From positions 115,382,001-115,446,000 of the forward strand of contig OX597821.1 of assembly GCA_951406725.2 (NCBI GenBank): a stretch of 64,000 nt of DNA. The letters run 5' to 3'. The notes beneath the pieces are model-generated. The model was not told the DNA's origin and did no database searches. It saw nothing but the letters and a program-made list of their open reading frames with translations. Source of the DNA: Octopus vulgaris (Eukaryota). Position 1 is the stretch's first letter. Each line of letters starts with the position of its first letter. Below, piece by piece: positions 1-13,300 of this stretch. The position numbers were made by a program, and so were the translations under genes.

Positions 1-299
1 ATCTAGTCATAGAAACCATGCCTAATGAGACAAGTGAAGAACACCACTGCCAAATAATCCAACCCAGGCCAGCATGGAAAGCTGGATGTTAAATGGTGGT
101 GCTAGTGATGATGATGAAGATGTCAGGCAAGGTTTTCTTCCTGCAAGGATAGACTTAAAATGGTTCGAATTTCTGTAAAACTATTGTATGTGCAAGTGAT
201 TTTAATATATATCAAAATGAAGATTTAGGTCAACTATTGTCTGGTTACTTGAACAAATATTCCAAGTTATTTGGAAATTGTAAGCTTGGACAGACTTTT

Positions 300-455
300 T
301 ACCATGTAAAAAGCACTCTGTAAAGTAGCTGGCATTAGGAAGGGAATCCAGCTGTAGAAACTATATTAAAACAGACAACTGGAAGCTGGTGTGGCTCCTG
401 CATGTCAAACCATCCAATCCTTGCCAGCATGAAGAACGGATGTTAAATGATGATG
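300..455 (+). mobile_element. Degenerate RTE 3' tail fragment (another at ~1-117)
   Basis: GGCATTAGGAAGGGAATCCAGCTGTAGAAAC ... GATGTTAAATGATGATG matches the 3' UTR that follows the RTE ORF at 7379-8110. Confidence 0.75.
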
Positions 456-616
456 GCAGATTAAAATTAATCCAACAACCAGACATTTACACCTGAGTAC
501 ATCAATGAAAGAAAGATTAAATATTTTGTGGTATAAGCCAATAATTATTTAGCATATGAGGAGGTCAAAAATAATATTATTATAGAAATAAAACGGTATT
601 ATTGAATATAATAATA

Positions 617-840
617 ATAATGAAATTATTGTATACAGTGCTCAGGTGCACCACAACTTGTCAAAAGTGCGTATAAAGCATATGCAGTAATGTACAAAAT
701 GTCTGGGAAGTGAACAGTGTATGAGTCAGATACATGCTTGCATGTGTATGGAGGGGAGAAAATCAGGTGTAGTGTTGGCGAATCTCAGGAAGCATGGAAG
801 TTTTGAAGGATGCAGTGCTCCGACAACTAACAACTGATAT
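617..840 (-). mobile_element. 5'-truncated CR1-type LINE 3' end with TSD
   Basis: Flanked by the direct repeat ATTGAATATAATAATA (601-616, 841-856). Minus strand reads SVVSCRSTASFKTSMLPEIRQHYT*; an overlapping fragment at 36260-36337 extends this to FFMLRVAEAWNKLP (CR1 C-terminal motif). Confidence 0.75.
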
Positions 841-1261
841 ATTGAATATAATAATAGTATTATTGAATTGGAATTACTATTATTGAAATTTCTCTAAATT
901 GTGACTTTGATATGTTTATTGTTATTAAAAGTTTGTTTATATGTCAACTGTCTTCTAAAAATTCTAATTTTTAATGAATACTTATAATTTAATTATAACC
1001 AACTATTAATTAGTATTGGCATTGTTAATAACTGATATAGATTTTATGTTATTAATTTTACCGTTTATATTGGATTCTTCCAATGCTGAATTGTCTTTGA
1101 ATTTCCATGCTTCTTTTGTTCTGCAACCATTTTCTTTCTTGTTTTACTTCAAGTCTCTGAAATATAAAACAAATAATTCGAATGTTATTCCAATCTGCCT
1201 TCATTTGCAGTGATAAGAAATTGTCTGACAAATTCTATGTTTAACATCTTGTATTTTTCAG

Positions 1262-1396
1262 GAATTGGTGAATCGTTATATGACGGATGACGAGAGCTAC
1301 TTGCAGTCAGATGCAGAATCTTACATCCGAACTGATGATGAAGAGGGTGGCAACACCGAATGGGAGGAATCAATGCGACGCTGGGTGAACAGATGA
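1262..1396 (+). CDS. Terminal coding exon of an upstream gene, tentatively invertebrate dystrobrevin-like C-terminus
   Basis: Acceptor TATTTTTCAG (AG 1260-1261), then ELVNRYMTDDESYLQSDAESYIRTDDEEGGNTEWEESMRRWVNR followed by TGA TAG; AATAAA near 1540-1562. The dystrobrevin identity rests only on my recollection of invertebrate C-termini ending RWVNR. Confidence 0.65.
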   Translation, partial: ELVNRYMTDDESYLQSDAESYIRTDDEEGGNTEWEESMRRWVNR

Positions 1397-2780
1397 TAGG
1401 TCGTCAACTGCCACACCTGTTGCTGATTAAAGAAGCCAACAACAGCTTCTGACAGCTTTAATTCTGGAAATTTCTCTCTTTTCCACCTGGTATTTCTGTC
1501 AGTCTGTCAGTCTGCCTTTTTGCACCACCACCCCACAAAAATAAATAAATAAAACCAAATAAAACCATGCTGATTCCAGCAAGGCCACACTTTAGAGCAG
1601 CACTGCAGCCGAGATGGACGACTCCCAAAATGACCAGTCGCCAGTCAGTGGTAGCAGCACCAGTCTTGTTTTATTAATGGACATTTCTGTTCCCTTTGAA
1701 AATACCTCACAACATACAACTACCGTCATTTCTACTTGTCTCTACACTTTTTGTCAAATTATTTTAAGCCACCGTAATCTTTATCACAGTTTCAGTTGAA
1801 GGAGGGAAATAAATCTGTCAGAAGGCAAATTGTAAAATGTATCTATGACTGTTGCAGAATGGAATGTGAGATGGAAGCATAAATAGCAGTGACTGAGAAG
1901 AAAATTCTAAGACATTTTTGGATGTTAATGTATAGAGGAGACATGTCTGATGATAACAACAACACCGTAATATTGTGTCATGCAGTTGGCATTGATGGCT
2001 GACCGTAAAAGAGAATGTTGGGAAAGACATTGAGGTCTTCGGTAAAGAATACATTAATGTTTCTGAGACTAAGTCCATTGATTAAAAATGCTGAAATGTT
2101 AAAAAAAAAAAAAAGAAAATCTTAATTCTAACGTTTGTCACCCTTGACAATACATTTTTAGTAACAATGACATCATCATATTAAATTATGGATACCTGAA
2201 ATTAAGTTTATAACTTATGGTTAGCATCCAAATGGAATTCAGTGACATTTACATATATAGGGTTCAGAAAAGTAGTGTGTGTGTATATATATATATATAT
2301 ATATTATACACATGCATACACAAATGATACTAAAGAAAAGGTCTTCACATACACACACACATATATATATATATATAGATGTGTGTGGATTTATTAGATT
2401 TGAATGGCCTGATGCGATAAGTTTCATGTGAATATATTCGTAGTTATTCAATTGTAGCTTAGGTAATGGATTATGACTGCTATTTAAACAGTTAAAATGG
2501 AAGTTGTCCATGATCCAGACTTTGAATAAAATTGGAATAAATTATTTATCCACAAATGACGAGATGTCAAAAACTCATTCTTCATGTGTGTGTGTGCAGA
2601 TATATATATAGATAGATATCCAGTGGGTGACACATTTTAAAAGTAATTCAGGATAAAATATTTTAAGATAAAATATTTTAAGATAAGTCTGAGAGCGAAT
2701 AAAATATTTACTCCATAATCATTAATTCAATAAAATATATTTTATTGGATCAATAATTACGGATGAAATATTTTATATAT

Positions 2781-2941
2781 GTAATTATGTGCTAGTAAAC
2801 AGAGTTATTTTCTCCTACCTAAAGGTTTCGTGCAGTTGGCATTAATCAACCATATTTATTCAGGAGTCTGAAATATTTCAGATTTATCATATGAAACCTT
2901 AAGCTACAAGAAATTAATTCTGTTTACTGATGCACAATTAC
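2781..2941. repeat. Imperfect fold-back inverted repeat (~50 bp arms)
   Basis: GTAATTATGTGCTAGTAAACAGAGTTA... is approximately the reverse complement of ...TAATTCTGTTTACTGATGCACAATTAC. Confidence 0.6.
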
Positions 2942-3421
2942 AACAGGCTTTACACATTTCCAACACGAGCATCTATTGAGCACTTTGGGTTTTGCATAAA
3001 ATAGACCCACTCATTTACGTGTGTGTGTGTGTGTATATATATATAGATATATATATATATATATGTATATTCTATAATTATAATCAGGGGTCAGCTAATT
3101 GCTTCGCCATGCACTGAATTTAGAAATAGGAGTTAAAATGCCTCTTGTATAATTTTACTTAAAAAGGTTATTTTAACGTGCCGAACTACTTGGTAAAATT
3201 ATTAATGAATTAATTTTACCCTTTATTATTATTATTATATATATATATAGTACAAAGTAAGATAGGGGTTACGGGTGTAACCCACTATGGGATATCACTT
3301 ATCCAATATACTGTTGGTAAAGTACCCAGATTCTTAATACATAAATGTTTTTAATTGCAATGCAATTAATTCATTTATTGTATTAAACAGGTGAAGGTAA
3401 AGAAATATTTTACCGTAAATT

Positions 3422-3546
3422 TATAATACAAATAAAAAAATGGAGAAACAAATTCAGTTTGTTCATCAACTTACGGATAACATACTAATATCCGTAAGTT
3501 GATGAACAAACTGAATTTGCTTCTCCATTTTCTTATTTGTATTATA
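3422..3546. repeat. Near-perfect fold-back (58 bp arms, 9 nt loop)
   Basis: Arms 3422-3479 and 3489-3546 with 2 mismatches; the same arm sequence recurs singly at ~39590-39650. Confidence 0.9.
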
Positions 3547-4100
3547 TATATATAACTTGAATTTCTAAGCTGAAGAATTATTTTACGCTCAGGCTAGTGT
3601 CCCTTCTTTGGTTGCTATACTTCTTCACAATGGTTTGGTCATTCTATTCTCAGGCTTTGTTCCCTTGACTAATATATTCACTAATATTCTTGGAATTTCA
3701 AAGCTGACTCTTTACTAAATCCACAAGGGAAGAGACTTAAGATCCTTTTACTCAACCAGGGGATATTCTTCCCTTCGTATTATCCCTCGAACCAGAGACT
3801 GTATTGATTAACCCAAGGACTGAACTCACAATCCCCAGCTAATCTACTGAATTTAATACTTTACTCCCCAACAACCAATGAAAATTAGGAGCTTTAAATC
3901 TAACATTTCCATTACGGTTGTAATTTCAATGGGTTTTTCTTCTTGAAAGCCCCACCCACCATAGGGGGTGGGGCATCAGGCTTTCAAAGAATCAGTGAAT
4001 GTGTTGGGCCCTGATAACCCCAGTTGGCCTGGCACAAGGTTAACATTTAAGGGGGAAAAAAATAAAAAATCAACTGCGATAACGAAAATGTTAGGTTTAA

Positions 4101-4319
4101 CCCTTTAGTGTTCTGATTATTCTATCAAACATAATGCTTATTGATTCCCATTGATTAGAATTAATCATGCATTATCCCATATCTTCAAGATGTTGATGGT
4201 GTAATTACTTAATGTAGAATAACATTGTAAGGTAGGTGTGAGAGCCTGGATCTGGTCAGTTTGAACATAAAACAGATTAGCTATTTTGGCCGGATATGGC
4301 CGGTTTAAATACTAAAGGG
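4101..4319 (+). mobile_element. piggyBac-type MITE
   Basis: TTAA|CCCTTTAG ... CTAAAGGG|TTAA; homologous copies at ~11934-12147 and 62500-62721. Confidence 0.85.
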
Positions 4320-4649
4320 TTAAAGATAATTGACCAACAGGAAGACACTGGGAAAGTAAATATAAGCATTGATTAAGTGGTCTGTTTAGTATTTCAGCTG
4401 AGAGACATGGGTTCAATATCTGGGTCAGTCAATATATAAACTCTGTTTCAGGGTTTATTAAAATAAGGAGAATAGCTGTGGACTTAAAGGGTTAACTTCT
4501 AGATTCTTAAATTATTGAATGTGCCGGGGGGGGGGGGGGGCAGAAGGTATAGAGACTGAACCATTATGACTAGAAACAACCAAAATCAAGATATTAGTGG
4601 GAATTACTCAGAGTATAATATGTAAATGTGTGTGTATATGTAATATACA

Positions 4650-4686
<37 letters not shown>

Positions 4687-4688
<2 letters not shown>

Positions 4689-4794
4689 GAATAAGTACCT
4701 GGCGTACAAAGAATAAGTCCTGAGACCGATTTGCTCAACTAAATGCAGTGCTCCATCATGGTCGCAGTCAAATGACTGAAACTAGTAAAAGAAT
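4687..4794 (+). mobile_element. 3' part of CORE-like tRNA SINE
   Basis: Matches the 3' half of the full copy at 40597-41015. Confidence 0.75.
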
Positions 4795-7354
4795 AATATA
4801 TATATATATATATACACACACACTTCCTTAATAGAACATGGCAAACGCCAGGCATCAAAAATAAATGTACCTGAAATTTTGGTCATTGATATAGTACATT
4901 TGCTACAAACGTAGAGATAATCCTTGGAATAAGATAATCCAAACAAATCATATCAGTATAGTAGACCTCCTTAATACGACAACAATTTCTTTTGGAACTA
5001 GGTGTCTTCCATAGAAACTTATTTTCTTCAAAAATTTTTTGGATGAACTTGGTTTGAGACCTTATGTTGAAATCCAAGCAATTACATCATAGAAGAGCTG
5101 ATCCAGCCATTTAATAAACATAAAACTGCTAAATTAGTTCCATTAGGTGCCAAAATTTTCATTGCACAGCTGCAATTCTGGCCCCTGATACAGTTCTTTG
5201 TGTTACTAAATGGCTAGAATAGTTTTTCTAGGATGTAATTCTAAAGATTTTGTGAAGAGATTTGATTTGTAGTATTTATTGTAAGGTATTATACTTCTTT
5301 CGTTAGTATTTACTATAAAGCACTACCAACTCACTTTCTATGTGTATGTGTGTATATATATATATATATAAACTAATAAAGAGAAGAAGATGCACAATAC
5401 TTTTGTATTGTTATTAAATTATTCCAAAACACTTACACTATCACATATTGCAAAATACATACAGGTTTCACTTCACATAACAGATAATCATTGTTAATGT
5501 ATGTGTAATATATATATATATATATACACATATTAACTGAAGGCTATCAGTTAGACATTGTATATTCCAATGTACAATTTCAGAATTGAAGTGAAACTGG
5601 TTTTGAATATGAACTAATGGTATTTTGAATCAATTTGATTGTAATGATGTATTCTGGGATAATTTAAGTAATTACAAAAGATATGCATTTTATTGTCTTT
5701 TTCTCCTCAGTTTCCTGCTTTGTGTGGAATATATTTTACAAACATGATACACATAGAGATGCATTTGTATATCTGCATATCTTTGAATAGAATCCTATGG
5801 ACACTATTGTAAAGAATTAGTTGTCATATTGTGGCAGGATCTGCTATATTTAATAGGATCTCATTGACAGAGAGAAAAAGAGAGAGAGACAGACAGACAG
5901 TTGTGAGCAACAGAGATAATTCTATAATTCATGTTGTACTGGCAGATTATTCTCCTCTTCTGATCAGTACCCTTTTCTTTTTTTTTTTCTTTAATCCCTA
6001 CTTCATGTCAGCACTGCAATTTATCTGTGATCAGTATTGATAGGTTATGATTCCTTTCTCTGATACGAAGCTATGGAATTTGCTACTTGTGGTCAATACT
6101 GTAATAACAACCTAATCTCATTTTCTCAACCTGTGTATCTATAATGTCAACTAAACTGATTTGCTGAGACACTCCCACTAGCAACACTTTGATTTTTTTT
6201 TTTTTTTATAATTGTTAGTTCAGTATTTCAATATCAGACTGGTCTTTCAATTCATCTTTACCACATTCAACCAATCTACATGTACGCATCCACTTTGATA
6301 GCGTTGCACTAATTTCTGGTAGTATTTTTGTTTTCTAGCTCCAGTCATCACAATTTTAATAGGGTCCTGGCTCGTCACACACAGATAACCAGGATAAGCA
6401 CACACACACACACACACATACACACACACACACGCACACACACACTCCTATTAAAATAACTCCCGTTGAAAGTGATATCCTTTTTTTCTCTCCCTTTTAG
6501 TCTTGTACTAATCCTTGTCACTGACTTTATCTGGGGTTCATTTCTTTACAATTACTAAAGGAACAGTTCCTCAAAAACCTGTCAAAACTATGTTGTCTGA
6601 AGAATAAAAGGTATTTAGACAAAAGAGAAAAAAATACGAAGACTTAAAAAAAAAAAAAACTGAAAAATAACCCTCGAAAGTGGACTTTTTTTTTTTTCTG
6701 AATTCAAAAATTAGTTTTAAAATAAAAAAAAGACATTTTAAAATCTCAAATTTAGTTCCTTTGTAATGTATTTATAATTGGATAATTGTACATTGAAACA
6801 AAAATAATAATAATAATATTAAGAACAACCTGCGGAGGAGTCAACCACCCACTTGTAATGTTAATGCTCTCTGGTCATTGTATAATAAATATATATATAT
6901 ATGTTTATTTAAAATGATATTGCTTTGAATATCTGTGTTTGTGTGGAAGGGGTCCTTTCAATGACAGCAAACTGGGTTGGGACATATCTTTGGTTTGTGT
7001 GATTCTAAAATAATGGGAGGCAACCCTTCCCTCGAATAAGGCAGTGGAGGCAGAAATAAACCCAACACGGCTAGACATAGAAACCCTTACCAAAAAAGCA
7101 AAACAATGCTGCTGTTGATGGTTATACAAGTGAGCTGGTTCTAGCCATCGTTGCTGTTTAACACCAGGCAATCCCCAACCAAGTCCACCTATGATTCAAG
7201 GTATTCCATCTGTGGCCATCCTACCATATTTTCCAGCATAATGTATCTAGTCTATCAACATTATCCATCATTTTATTTCCTTCCTTTTCTGAGGTGGTTA
7301 GATGCAATTTGAGGGAAGTTTGGCTGCTATTTTTATGATGGAGCAATTCTCAAA

Positions 7355-8110
7355 GGTGTAAGTGCCCTGAGAGAAAAGTTGGACTTAAGAAGCATCAGAC
7401 GTGGTGTGCAAGGGAGACGACTGCGCTGGTATGGTCATGTAGTGAGAATGGATGAGGACAGCTGTGTGAAAAAGTGTCACACCCCAACAGTTGAGGGAAC
7501 CTGCAGAAGAGGTAGACCCAGGAAGGCTTGGGATGAGGTGGTGAAGCATGACCTTCGAACATTGGGCATCACCGAGGCAATGACAAGTGACTGAGACCTT
7601 TGGAGATATGTTGTGCTTGAGAAGACCCGGCAAGCCAAGTGAGACCATAACTATGGCCTATGCCAGTGCTGTATAACCAGCCCATTTAAGAGTACCCTTC
7701 AATCATTGGACAATAAACTATGCTTGTGAAGATCTGTTAAGGCAAATAAAATTGCTGTCATGGCCAATGACAGTACTGCCTGATTGGCACCCATGCTAAT
7801 GGAACGTTAAAAGCACCATTCGAGCATGGTCGTTGCCAGTATCACCGGACTGGCTCCTGTGCAGGTGGCAAGTAAAATTCACCATTTGAGAGTAACCAAT
7901 GCCAGTACCACCTGACTGGCCCTCGTGCCGGTGGTATATAAAAGCACCCATTACACTCTTGGAGTGGTTGGCGTTAGAAAGAGCATCCAGCTGTAGAAAC
8001 TTTGCTAGATCAGATTGAGGACTGGTGCAGCCTTCTGGCTAGCCAGCCCTCAGTCAAACTGTCCAACCCATGTCAGTATGGAAAGTGGACGTTAAACGAT
8101 GATGATGATG
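7355..8110 (+). mobile_element. RTE-clade LINE 3' end (ORF C-terminus, 3' UTR, (GAT)n tail)
   Basis: RRLRWYGHVVRMDEDSCVKKC...RGRPRKAW is the typical RTE C-terminus; ends GGACGTTAAACGATGATGATGATG. Confidence 0.9.
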
Positions 8111-8387
8111 TCCCTGCGATGGTGGTATTTTCCAGCATATTTTCGGGCGGCGAGCTGGCAGAAACATTAGCACGCCGGGCGAAATGCTTAGCAGTACACT
8201 AGATCACATTGAAGAGTAAAAGAGTGGGGGGGGGGGGCAGCAATGCTGGCCAAAGGACATGCCCAGTCCACTGGATAAAACAAAAAGACAGCAGAAGAGG
8301 AGGAGAGGCTGACATAGGTACATCAGGAGTTTTACTGAATTTCAGAAAGTATGGAATTCTTGAAGGATATAAGTGAGACTGACATGT

Positions 8388-8716
8388 TCTTTTATCTTTT
8401 ACTTGTTTCAGTCATTGGATTGTGGCCAGGCTGGAGCACTACTTTGAAGGGTTTAGCTGAACAAGCCAAGTCCAGTATTGGTCTCTTTTATTGAATTGCT
8501 AAGGTGACAGAAACAAACCAACACCAGCTGTCAAGCAGTGGGAGACAAACACACTACACGTCCCACAGTTTTCTGTCAACCAAATTCAGTCACAAGGATT
8601 TGATCATCTCAGGACTATTACAAAAGACACTTGCCCAATGTACTGCACAGTGGGACTGAACCCGAAACCATGTGGTTGCAAAGCCAGCTTCTTAACCCAC
8701 ACGGCTATGCCTGTTG
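8388..8716 (-). mobile_element. CORE-like tRNA SINE, diverged
   Basis: Reverse-complement similarity to 40597-41015. Confidence 0.75.
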
Positions 8717-9042
8717 CCTATAAGAATAACATTTTGACAAATGACAGTTGTCTGTTATTCTTTTGAGTCTGCATCTTTTCTCTGTTACAAACATCTTAGG
8801 GTCCGAAAAGGTATTGTTATAGACACCTTACACAATTTTTTTCTCACCAGTTTCAACAGCTGGATGCTCTTTCTAACGCCAACCACTCCAGATTTTGCAA
8901 ATGAAGAAAAATTTGATAGCGGAAGGATTCCTTCCTTCTATTAATTCCTATTAAATCGCTCACAAACAATAAAACAGATTTGGATCACAGTCTTTTGTAT
9001 TATTATTATCATTATTATTATTATCATAATCATCATCATCTA

Positions 9043-9500
9043 AGGTGGCGAGCTGGCAGAAACGTTAGCACGCTAGGTGAAATACTTAGCGGTATTTTGT
9101 CTGTCTTTATGTTGAGTTCAAATTCCGCTGAGGTCAACTTTGCTTTTCATCCTTTTGGAATCGATAAATTAAGTACCAGTAGCATACTGGGGTCAATCTA
9201 ATCGACTGGCCCCCTCCCCAAAAATTTCAGGCCTTGTGCCTAGAGTATAAAAGATTATTATTATTATATAAGGTGACGAGCTGGCAGAATTGTTAGCATA
9301 CTGGGCGAAATGCTTAGCAGTATTTCATTTGTTTTTGTATTCTGAGTTCAAATTCCACTGAGGTCAACTCTGTCTTTCATCTTTTTGGGGTCAGTAAAAT
9401 AAATACGTCAAACACTGGGGGGTGTCAATGTAATCTATTCACCTCCCCCCTCTACTAAAATTGCTGCCCTTGTGGCAAAATTTGAAAGCATTATCATTAG
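9043..9500 (+). mobile_element. Two adjacent Meta-domain-like tRNA SINEs (a head-only copy also at ~8146-8195)
   Basis: Head GGYGRCGAGCTGGCAGAA...GAGTTCAAATTCC and central CTTTCATCCTTTYGGGGTCGATAAATTAAGTACCAG-like motif; (ATT)n/(AGT)n tails. Confidence 0.8.
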
Positions 9501-9789
9501 TAGTAGTTTGTCCATTGTCAGCAATAACCAAGGACAACACATGGGAGAAGGCAAGAGGGTATGATATGTCCAGCTGTGGTCAATCAGTTCAATGCATGTT
9601 TGGAGGGCTCTACTGCAGGTCAGGTACTGGTGGTCTGCTGGAACTGAAGACAAGGAGTTGGCATTAGTCTTGCATAGTTTTCTTTGAATACTTGTACTCC
9701 TGTTCCGTTCAGAGGAGATGGCACCACTGTTAGTGCATCTTCACCAGGCAGGGCACTCGTGTACTTGCATTTCCCAGGATCACAGTTAA

Positions 9790-10420
9790 TCATCATCATC
9801 ATTTAACATCCGTTTTCCATGCTAGCATGGGTTGAACAGTTCAACCGGGGTCTGGTAAGCCATGGAGGCTGCACCAGGCTCTAGTCTGATCTGGCAGTGT
9901 TTCTACAGCTGGATGCCCTTCCTAACGCCAACCACTCTGTGAGTGTAGTGGGTGTTTTTTCCGTGCCACCAGGTTGGCAAACGGCCACGATCAGTTGGTG
10001 CTTTTATGTGTCACCGACACGGACGCCAGTCAGGTGGCACCGGCACCTGCCACGTTCGGATGGTGCTTTTTACATGTCACCGGCACGGGTGTCTTAACTA
10101 CAATTTCCATTTGAATTTTTATTTTGATGTTGACGAACTTGACTCAACAGGTCTCCTCAAGAACAGTGGGTCACTCTACGATCCAAGGTTAGCACAGCAG
10201 GCTGTCCTGCGAGCATGATCTCACTTCATTTGTCGGGTCTTCGAAGTCACAGCATATCTCCAGAGGTTTCTGACTTTCGTCATAGCCTCTGTGAGACTCA
10301 AAGTATGAAGGTCATGCTTGACCACCTTGTCCTATGTCTTCCTGGGTCTACCTCTACCCTGGATTCCTTCAACAGTTTGGGAGTGGCACTTCTTCATGCA
10401 TCTCTCCTCATCCATTCCTT
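9790..10420 (-). mobile_element. RTE LINE 3' end
   Basis: (CAT)n + TTTAACATCCGTTTTCCATGCTAGC; reverse complement of the RTE ORF end at ~10240-10420. Confidence 0.9.
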
Positions 10421-10659
10421 AATTGAAACCCTGGTTAAGTTTTAAATAACATGTCTATTCATTCTCCAATAACATTCTGATGCATTCAAATGTGAATATC
10501 TGATTGTGGTCGTCGTTTCCTTTGCCACTGGCAAACGTCCCTTCCTATGAAGGACAACAAAGATCAGAACAATTGTTCTGCATAAGTCTCATGGATTATT
10601 ATCTGTTTGGGGCAGACATCAGCAAATAATTTTTGTTGATTTCTGTAAACAACACTCAA

Positions 10660-11017
10660 GCATGGTGGTAAGAAGTTGACTTCCCAACTACATGGTTCCA
10701 GGTTCAGTCACACTATGTGGCACCTTGAGCAAGTATCTTCTACTATAGCCCCAAGAAGACCAAAGCTTTGAATGGGTTTGATAGATGGAAACTCAAGCCC
10801 ATCGTGTGTGTGTGTGTGTGTCTGTACCTACCACCACTGCTTGCTAACAAATACAGGTGTGTTTACATCCCTGGAACTTAGCAGTTCAGCAAGAGATTGA
10901 CAGAATAAGTACTGGGCTTTAAAAAAATTAAACTACTAGGGCCAATTTGTTTGATTAAAATTCTTCAAAGCAGTGCCCCAGCATGGCCAGTCTAATGACT
11001 AAAACAAGTAAAAGATA
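10660..11017 (+). mobile_element. CORE-like tRNA SINE
   Basis: Colinear with 40597-41015. Confidence 0.8.
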
Positions 11018-11318
11018 AACAAGCCAGTACTTTTGGTCTGGTGGGAGTAGCTTTCATTGAGGAGACTTACAATAAAGTTGCAACAATAGAGTGTAACAAA
11101 GTGCCCTTACACCAGTGGGGTATATGGGCCGTGAATACATATTGTCTAAACCACGGGTTCCCAACTGGGGCCCACGAGTAAAAAATTGTAATTTGTGGAT
11201 CCATATATACGTTTTGTTTACTAGGAGAGGTACCTGTATTTATTGAAATTTTCAAGATTTATATTTGGAATTTATGTTATGAATATAACGAAATTGTTTC
11301 ATTGTTAGTTTTTACTAA

Positions 11319-11680
11319 CATCATCATCAACATCGTTTAACGTCCGTTTTCCAAGCTAGCATGGGTTGGACGGTACAACTGGGGCCTGGGAAGCCAGAAG
11401 GCTGCACCAGGCCCAGTCTGATCTGGCAGTGTTTCTACAGCTGGATGCCCTTCCTAACGCCAACCACTCCGTGAGTGTAGTGGGTGCTTTTTACGTGCCA
11501 CCTGCACAGGTGCCAGACGAGTCTGGCAATGGCCACAATCGGATGGTGCCTTTTACGTGCCACCAGCACGGAGGCCAGTCGGGGCGGCGCTGGCAACGGT
11601 CACATTCAGATGGTTCTCTTACATGCCACCGGCACTGGTATCACAGCTACAATTTCCATTGATGTTGATCGATTTCGACA
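11319..11680 (-). mobile_element. RTE 3' UTR copy
   Basis: CATCGTTTAACGTCCGTTTTCC...GGATGCCCTTCCTAACGCCAACC. Confidence 0.9.
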
Positions 11681-11933
11681 AACAAATATATAATTTCAAA
11701 AATTTACATGTGCCTATATGGGGTCCACAGATGATAAGCAAAATAAAGCTGGGAGCCCCTGGTCTAAACAGATGAGATCAGCAATCAGATATTTGTTTGA
11801 AATCTGCAAGAATATATTTAGAATGGAGAGCTATATTACTGTTTAAATTCTTGCTCTTTTACATGCATCTCGTGAGTTAATAAGTTTACGCAGCTCTAAT
11901 TGTTTAAAAGTTTATAATGAGGACAGAAAATAA

Positions 11934-12147
11934 TCCTTTAGCATTCAGATTACTGTCAAATCTAATGTTTGTTTATTCTCATTGTTTTTTTTAATTAATC
12001 CAGCATTATCTCACAGCTTTGAGATTTCAATGACATAATTAACTTTAGGACACCTTTGTAAGGTATGTTTGAAAGAGATCTGGCCATTTTAAGCATAAAA
12101 CAGATTGAATATTTGGGCTGGATGTGGCCAGCTTAGATACTAAAGGG
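11934..12147 (+). mobile_element. piggyBac-type MITE, diverged
   Basis: Homologous to 4101-4319; ends CTAAAGGG|TTAA. Confidence 0.75.
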
Positions 12148-12510
12148 TTAAGCAAAACAAATGGAGCTCAAAAAAAGAAGAATTGATGCAAATTGACAAC
12201 AGTTTATCATTACTATTGAGGCTGGCAACTATTGCAGTTGTTTACCATAGTTACTATCAAGAGACAATGTCCTAGTTATGAAGAATAGATGTCATCATTA
12301 TCATCATTTAATGCTCACAGGAGTTCAGCAAAAGTTATGGAGGTAGATTCTCTACAGATGGAGGCCCTTTCTGTCACCAACGCTAATCTGCTTCCAAATA
12401 ATGTAATATTTGCTCCATAACAAGACATGTTTACACGGAAGATTAAGAGCAAAGAACACCACTTGCCAGATGGTATCATTTGTTTAGAACTATCACATGA
12501 TATCAAGGTA

Positions 12511-12544
<34 letters not shown>

Positions 12545-12764
12545 TATATATATATATAAAGATTAGAAAAAAACCACTTTTTATCAATTCAAAATAAACA
12601 ATTAAATTACACCATCTAGAAAATTACATATAATAGAAATATTAAAATTAAAATAACAATAATATACCGATGATTAAGTAAATTGCAAAATAATAATAAA
12701 AACATATATATTTGGTAGAATAACGACACACACACACATATATATATATACATACATACATACA

Positions 12765-13300
12765 TACACACAAGGCTTCTTTCAGTTTCCATCTACAAAA
12801 TCCACTCACAAGGCTTTGATCAGCCTAAGGCTATAGAAGACACTTGTCCAAGGTGTCACAGTGAGACTGAACCTAGACCCATGTGGTTGGATAGCAAACT
12901 TCCTACCACATAGCCACATCTGCACCAGTGGAAAACTTTTTTATATATGGTTTTGTGATTAAGAAATCTGCTTCACAACCACATGGTTAAAGGTTCAGTT
13001 CCACTCAACTGCACTTTTGGGCAAGTGTCTTCCATTTTTGCTCCAGGTTGATCAATACTTTCATCATCATCATTTAACGTCCGTTTTCCATGCCGGCATG
13101 GGTTGGATGGTTTAAGAGGAGCTGGTCAGGCTGAAGGCTGCACCAGGCTTCACTGTCTGTTTTGGCATGGTGCTTATGGCTGGATGCCCTTACTAAAACC
13201 AACCACCTTACAGAGCAGACTGAGTGATTTTCACATGGCACCAGCACTGGTGAGGTCCGTTTTGGTATTGTTTTTTTACAGCCGGATGACCTTCCAAATG
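12765..13300. mobile_element. Head-to-head SINE fragments (~12765-12925 minus, ~12945-13060 plus) followed by a minus-strand RTE tail (~13063-13300)
   Basis: Similarity to the SINE and RTE copies elsewhere in the window. Confidence 0.7.

Noticed and set aside
4883-5077. Minus-strand ORF (also 9435-9802 and ~10560-10640) as exons of a hidden gene
   Set aside because: No recognisable homology or consistent splice and frame chain could be established by eye.
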